Source of the DNA: Acidobacteriota bacterium
GTDB taxonomy: Bacteria; Acidobacteriota; UBA6911; RPQK01; JADFOI01
Assembly: GCA_963663035.1 (NCBI GenBank)
Contig: OY760074.1
Location: 3,488,001 to 3,552,000, forward strand
Direction: 5' to 3'
Length of the DNA stretch: 64,000 nt
Shown here: positions 59,359 through 64,000 of the stretch, piece by piece
Numbering within the stretch: position 1 is the stretch's first letter
Layout: each line of letters opens with the position of its first letter
Position numbers and translations under genes: made by a program
Notes under the pieces: generated by a model
Seen by the model: only the letters and a program-made list of their open reading frames with translations
Told to the model about the DNA's origin: nothing
Databases searched by the model: none

Positions 59359-60806
59359 TGGAGAATGGTGAGGACCTTGCGCAGGCGCTGAAGAGTTCTG
59401 TCCTTTCCCAGGGTGACGATCACATCAAAGATTCCCGGGGCCGCTGTTTTTCCTGTTAAGGCAACCCGAATGGCACCAATAAATTTCCCTGCCTTGATTT
59501 CATGCCGTTCTCCCACTTCTCGCAGGACTTTTTCCGTTGCTTCCAGACTGAACTCTCCCAGGGCCTGATAAGCCTCGGAGAGTTCCTGAATTGCGCCGAC
59601 CAGGGTCAAGCGCTGCGCTGGTTCCTCAAAAGAAAGGAATTTTTCTATCGCCTGTTGCTCATATTCAAAGTCATCAGAAAAGAAGGGCCTTCCCAGATCG
59701 GCGAACTCGGTGAGCTTTTTAGCGCGGGACTTCAAGAGCTCGATTGTGCTCAGGAATTGGTCCCGACCTTCACTCTCCCAAGCCCGATCCCACAGCTTCT
59801 CCTCCTGAAGGAGGGACTTCACCTCTGGTTCCAGCTCCTGAGGTGTCGCCCGTGAGATGTACTGTCCGTTCATCCATTCCAGTTTTTGGGGATCAAACAG
59901 GGCATCGGCCTTATTAATGCGGCGGATGTCAAAGCGTTCGATCAGCTCCTCTTGGGTGAAGATCTCTTCATCCCCGCTGGGTGACCATCCCAGGCGAACC
60001 AGATAATTCTTGAGGGCGGCCGGCAGGAACCCCTGCTTTTTATATTCTAGAACCGAAGTGGCGCCATGGCGTTTGCTGAGACGCTTCTTATCCGGGCCCA
60101 GGATGAGGGGAAGATGCACATAAGAGGGCTTCGGCTGCGCGAAAGCCTGGTAGAGCAAAACGTGTTTGCTGGTATTGGAAAGGTGGTCAGCGCCTCGCAC
60201 CACATGTGAGATCTTCATTTCGCTGTCATCCGCCACCACGCAAAGATGGTAGGTCGGTGTGCCGTCGGAGCGAAGAAGGACGAAGTCTTCAATATTTTCG
60301 GTCTCCACTTCGATGGGACCATAGACAAGATCTTCGAAGTTAACCTTCTGCTGGTCGGGAACCTTGAATCTCACGGCAAAAGGCTCCCCGGCCGTCAGGC
60401 GTCCCTGGACCTTCTCTCTGGAGAGCTTGCGGCAGGTGCGGTCATACCGCCACTCCTGTCCCCCAACCCGGGCTGCCTGTTTTTTGCTCTCCAGCAGTTC
60501 GGGAGAGCAAAAGCAGCGGTAGGCGCCTTCTGACTCCAGCAGTTGCTGGCTGAGGGCACGATAACTTTCAAACCGCTGGGACTGATAGAAAGGTCCTTCG
60601 TCCCAATCAAGTCCCAGCCAGCCCAAGCCCTCCAGGATCCCCTCCACCATCTCGGCACTGGAACGCTTCACATCGGTATCTTCAATGCGCAGGGCAAAGG
60701 TGCCGCCCTTTTGACGGGCCAGCAGCCAGTTGAACAGAGCGGTGCGGGCCCCGCCAATGTGCAGGTAACCGGTCGGACTGGGTGCAAATCTGACTCTTAC
60801 GCTCAT
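59355..60806 (-). CDS. gltX: Glutamate--tRNA ligase
   Basis: RFAPSPTGYLHIGG, RIEDTD, LSKRHG. Confidence 0.97.
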   Translation of the reverse strand: MSVRVRFAPSPTGYLHIGGARTALFNWLLARQKGGTFALRIEDTDVKRSSAEMVEGILEGLGWLGLDWDEGPFYQSQRFESYRALSQQLLESEGAYRCFCSPELLESKKQAARVGGQEWRYDRTCRKLSREKVQGRLTAGEPFAVRFKVPDQQKVNFEDLVYGPIEVETENIEDFVLLRSDGTPTYHLCVVADDSEMKISHVVRGADHLSNTSKHVLLYQAFAQPKPSYVHLPLILGPDKKRLSKRHGATSVLEYKKQGFLPAALKNYLVRLGWSPSGDEEIFTQEELIERFDIRRINKADALFDPQKLEWMNGQYISRATPQELEPEVKSLLQEEKLWDRAWESEGRDQFLSTIELLKSRAKKLTEFADLGRPFFSDDFEYEQQAIEKFLSFEEPAQRLTLVGAIQELSEAYQALGEFSLEATEKVLREVGERHEIKAGKFIGAIRVALTGKTAAPGIFDVIVTLGKDRTLQRLRKVLTILQ

Positions 60807-60898
60807 GCCATGCCCAGAAAAGGGAAGCTCGATTATAACGGCTTAGGAAATATGGGGACAGCTGAACAGCCCATGATAGAATTGGCTCCGCCTGCTGG

Positions 60899-60983
60899 GC
60901 CCGGGTGGCGGAATTGGCAGACGCACAGGACTTAAAATCCTGTGAGGGTTTCCCTCGTGAGGGTTCGAGTCCCTCCCCGGGCA
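60899..60983 (+). tRNA. tRNA-Leu (TAA), CCA not encoded
   Basis: GCCCGGGTGGCGGAATTGGCAGACGC...CAGGACT-TAA-AATCCTG, long variable arm, GGTTCGAGTCCC. Confidence 0.95.
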
Positions 60984-61140
60984 CGCTTCTGACGCGGGTT
61001 TCAGCCAAGTTGAGTCTCCCTGACTCACCCTCCAAAACCCCAAATTGTGCCTGAATTGTGCCCGCGGCAAACTCACTCCAACTCACTCAAACCAAAATAG
61101 AGGCCATTTTTCATTGCTTTCAGGACACCTCAAGACTTAG

Positions 61141-62665
61141 CCGCAATTATTCATAAGTTTGGGGTGAGTGTCGATTTTCTGCGGAAGTTCAGGGCTGAGA
61201 GTGTGTTCAGGTGCGATTACAAGGCGTCCAAGCTTGTTGAGCCGAATAGAGATGAAGCGAGAGCCCCTTCCGGAAACAGCTCGGCCCGCAGGGGGCTGTA
61301 TATCTGTGTTGGCGCAGGGAGTCAGGGGACCGTCAGGTGGGACACAGACGGTGCATCAGTAATGCGAAGAGCTTTTGTTCGGGATAAGACGATGCCAGGT
61401 GCACCCAGATGCGACGAGAAGTTTCCCGAACCCGGGCACCGATTTTGAACAGGCGGCGGCGGAGCGTCTCAATCTCCAGGTTGTGCCAGGGAGTCCCGCA
61501 CAGGTAATCCCGCAGGCGCAGGATTAAGACATAGGCCAGGGCGTGGATGAAGAGTCGGAACTGGTTGGCCAGGAAACGGTGGCAGCTCAAGCGATCCATG
61601 GCCAGATCTTTTTTGAAAGCTTTCACGAAGTTCTCGCACTGGCCCCGTCCGATGTAGTGGTCATACAGCTGCCCGGCCGTGAGATCCTGGCGGTTGGTGA
61701 CCACAAAGCGACGGTTGAACCCGCGCTCGCTCACTTCCACCTTGGCCACCATGCGCCGCTCCCGGTCCCAACTGTCGGCCTGATAGACGAGCTCGGTGAA
61801 CTGGCGTTGCTTTTCTCCTGAGTCGTCATAGTCTGCTTGCACCTGCTCAACCAAGGGCTCGACGGTGGCCGCCAGCCGGGAGTTGCGGGCAAAGCCCACC
61901 ACATACTGCAGTTTTTCCTCCTCACAGAACTCGTACAGTGCCGGCGTCGCAAAGCCACTGTCGGCTCGCACTTCGATCGGAACATCGGATCCCAGAACCT
62001 GGCGCATCCGGGCCACCACCCGTTTGAGAACCGCCACCGCGTGGACGGCCGCCCCCTGGTTGCCGGGCCGCAGTAGCGCACATACCAGATCGCCCGTCTC
62101 GCCATCGAATAGCAACAGCGGATGATACATGTGCTCGCGATAATAGCCGTGGTAAAAGCTGAACTCCTGCTGCCCATGCGTGACGTCATCCGTGCTGTCG
62201 ATGTCCAGGATGATCTTCTCGGGCCGGCTCTTCTTGCGGTGCTTCAAGTAGGTCTCCAGCAGCCACTGTCCCAGGCGAGTGAGATCCTTCGAGTCCACCG
62301 AGTTCTCCAGTCGCGACAGCGTGGGTTGAGAAGCCAGATCCGGATCGCTTTCCGGCAGCCGATCACACACGGTCTTGAAGATGGGATCCGAGCGCAAGCT
62401 GTCGGCATCGTTGCAGTCCTCATAGCCGGCCACGATCTGAAAGCTGCGCTGGGTGAGCAGTTCGCGAATCTGGTGGCGGACGTAGCGGCTATCTCGAGCG
62501 TCCTTCAGGCAGGAGGCAAAGCCAGCCGTCAGTCCGTGCTGTTGATCCAGGGCGTACAGACACAGCAGCCCGGCATCGGAGGAGAGCCGGCCTCCATCGA
62601 ATCGAGCCACCACTTTTCTGTCAGGGTGAGATGGCAAGTTGATCTGGCAGACTGATGCATCGCTG
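61141..62665 (-). mobile_element. IS1380-family element; right end present, left end missing
   Basis: Terminal-like CCGCAATTATTCATAAG at 61141; no matching inverted copy upstream of the transposase. Confidence 0.8.
61333..62637 (-). CDS. IS1380-family transposase (DDE)
   Basis: FDGGRLSSDAG, GYEDCNDAD.LR.DP, LASQPTLSRLEN, LDIDSTDD..HGQQE, RADSGF, RGQCEN..K. Confidence 0.93.
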   Translation of the reverse strand: MPSHPDRKVVARFDGGRLSSDAGLLCLYALDQQHGLTAGFASCLKDARDSRYVRHQIRELLTQRSFQIVAGYEDCNDADSLRSDPIFKTVCDRLPESDPDLASQPTLSRLENSVDSKDLTRLGQWLLETYLKHRKKSRPEKIILDIDSTDDVTHGQQEFSFYHGYYREHMYHPLLLFDGETGDLVCALLRPGNQGAAVHAVAVLKRVVARMRQVLGSDVPIEVRADSGFATPALYEFCEEEKLQYVVGFARNSRLAATVEPLVEQVQADYDDSGEKQRQFTELVYQADSWDRERRMVAKVEVSERGFNRRFVVTNRQDLTAGQLYDHYIGRGQCENFVKAFKKDLAMDRLSCHRFLANQFRLFIHALAYVLILRLRDYLCGTPWHNLEIETLRRRLFKIGARVRETSRRIWVHLASSYPEQKLFALLMHRLCPT

Positions 62666-64000
62666 GGTCGTGTGCAGCTTCATCAAACTGGTGTGCCCCT
62701 TTTCCACAATCGGAGCTCCGGTCAGGATGATCAGGTTGTCGCCTTCTTCCACCTGATTCCGTTCCAGCAGAAGCTTTTCGAGCGCATCAATCAACTCGTC
62801 CACGTTGCTGATTGCCTGCATGCGTGAGGGCTGAACTCCCCAGTAAAGGGCCATTCGGTTCACGATTTCAGGGCTTGGCGTGAGGCCCAGAATCTCAGTT
62901 GAAGGTCGATATTTGGAGATCAAGCGAGCCGTGGAGCCGCTTTGGGTAAAGGCGACGATGGCACGGGCCTGAATAGATTTGGAGGCGTGATAGGCGGCAT
63001 CACAAACGGCTTCCGGAAAGGAGAGCGTCCGGGGTTTCCCAAGTCGCTCCGAATGTGCTCCAGCATCCATCTTCTCAACCTCTTTGATGATATTGGCCAT
63101 CATGGCCACGGACTCCACCGGGTACTGGCCCACAGCGGTTTCACCAGAAAGCATGACTGCGTCGGTTCCATCCAGGACGGCGTTGGCCACGTCCGAGGCC
63201 TCGGCCCGTGTGGGGCGGGGATTATGAATCATGGAATCCAGCATTTGGGTGGCGGTGATGACTAATTTCCCTTTCTTGTTGGCTTCCTTAATGATGTGCT
63301 TTTGAATGACAGGCACCTTTTCTGGTGCCATTTCCACCCCAAGGTCACCGCGAGCGACCATAACCCCTTCACAAACGTTCATGATGGCATCCAGGTTCTC
63401 TATGGCCATCGGCTTTTCCAGTTTGGCAATCACCGGCGCGTCCCAGTTTTTTCCTGCTAGCCGCTCCTTAAACTTGAGGATGTCCTGGGGCTTTCGAATG
63501 AAAGACAGGGCCAGGTAATCGATCTCTTGCTCTGCTCCAAATTCCAGGTCTAGCAAGTCTTTTTCAGTCAGGGAGTCAGCAGAGATGTCTACCTTGGGCA
63601 GGTTGATGCCCTGGTTCTGGGCCAGTGTGCCGCCGGCCACAACCTCACACTCCACACTGTTGCTGGTGGTCGTGAGCACCCGTAGCTCGATCAGACCATC
63701 AGAGAGGAGAACCCGATCCCCCGGTTGAAGGTCTTGAGGAAGAGCCAGGTACGAAGTCGAGACACCTTCCTTGTTGCCCGCAACAGAGTCGGTTGTGAGG
63801 ACAAACTTTTGGCCTGCAGTAAGCTCGACAGGTGTTCCATTTTCCAGCTGACCCGTCCGGATCTTCAGCCCCTGAAGATCTTGGAGGATAGCAACGGGCT
63901 TCTCCATCGCCGTGGAGAGCATGCGGATGTTGGCAATCGTCTGGCGATGGGAGTCGTGATCACCGTGAGAGAAGTTGAGCCGCGCCACATCCATGCCTGC
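62621..64000 (-). CDS. pyk: Pyruvate kinase (5' end outside window); C-terminus runs into IS1380
   Basis: ARLNFSHG, IAKLEK, MVARGDLGVE, ATQMLDSM..NPRPTRAE.SDVANA. Confidence 0.96.
   Translation of the reverse strand, partial: AGMDVARLNFSHGDHDSHRQTIANIRMLSTAMEKPVAILQDLQGLKIRTGQLENGTPVELTAGQKFVLTTDSVAGNKEGVSTSYLALPQDLQPGDRVLLSDGLIELRVLTTTSNSVECEVVAGGTLAQNQGINLPKVDISADSLTEKDLLDLEFGAEQEIDYLALSFIRKPQDILKFKERLAGKNWDAPVIAKLEKPMAIENLDAIMNVCEGVMVARGDLGVEMAPEKVPVIQKHIIKEANKKGKLVITATQMLDSMIHNPRPTRAEASDVANAVLDGTDAVMLSGETAVGQYPVESVAMMANIIKEVEKMDAGAHSERLGKPRTLSFPEAVCDAAYHASKSIQARAIVAFTQSGSTARLISKYRPSTEILGLTPSPEIVNRMALYWGVQPSRMQAISNVDELIDALEKLLLERNQVEEGDNLIILTGAPIVEKGHTSLMKLHTTQRCISLPDQLAISP

Noticed and set aside
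63219-63235. ATTATGAATCATGG as the IS1380 left inverted repeat
   Set aside because: Lies within the conserved pyk MIHNPRPT coding motif; weak chance match

Overview
A 64 kb bacterial chromosomal window of moderate GC. The gene order (mreBCD-mrdA-rodA-rng, DUF1844-MBL-ribF) and the DnaA domain IV sequence suggest Acidobacteriota; this is an inference. Most of it is housekeeping: etfA end, mutY, acyl-CoA dehydrogenase, dinB, 2-oxoacid dehydrogenase E1a/E1b/E2, pepP, rnhA, mrp, nfi, leuACD, ychF, surA/ppiD, mre operon, mazG, ribF, gatCA, argCDB, rsmI, pdxJ, gltX, pyk. It also has tRNA-Ala(GGC), tRNA-Leu(TAA) and a probable 6S RNA. An accessory patch (about 24.2-35.8 kb) ends at tRNA-Ala. It holds a dnaA with no dnaN, followed 16 nt later by a diguanylate cyclase, two lipoproteins, a cNMP-GGDEF protein, a methyltransferase, a ZorA/MotA-like repeat protein, an IS3 and a nidogen/TSP3 protein. 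Main points of interest: (1) a DUF1611-like P-loop protein heads an ARG-box-controlled argC-argD-argB operon where argA/argJ is absent, making it a candidate alternative N-acetylglutamate synthase; (2) the dnaA-GGDEF unit; (3) two families of miniature inverted-repeat elements that sit at TAG, one of which interrupts the original dinB N-terminus and supplies a new ATG; (4) an exact non-tandem 56-bp copy of the catalytic motif inside nfi; (5) an unannotated histone-H1-like 56-aa gene; (6) pyk fused directly to an IS1380 that lacks its left end. All calls come from reading the sequence; no database search was run.
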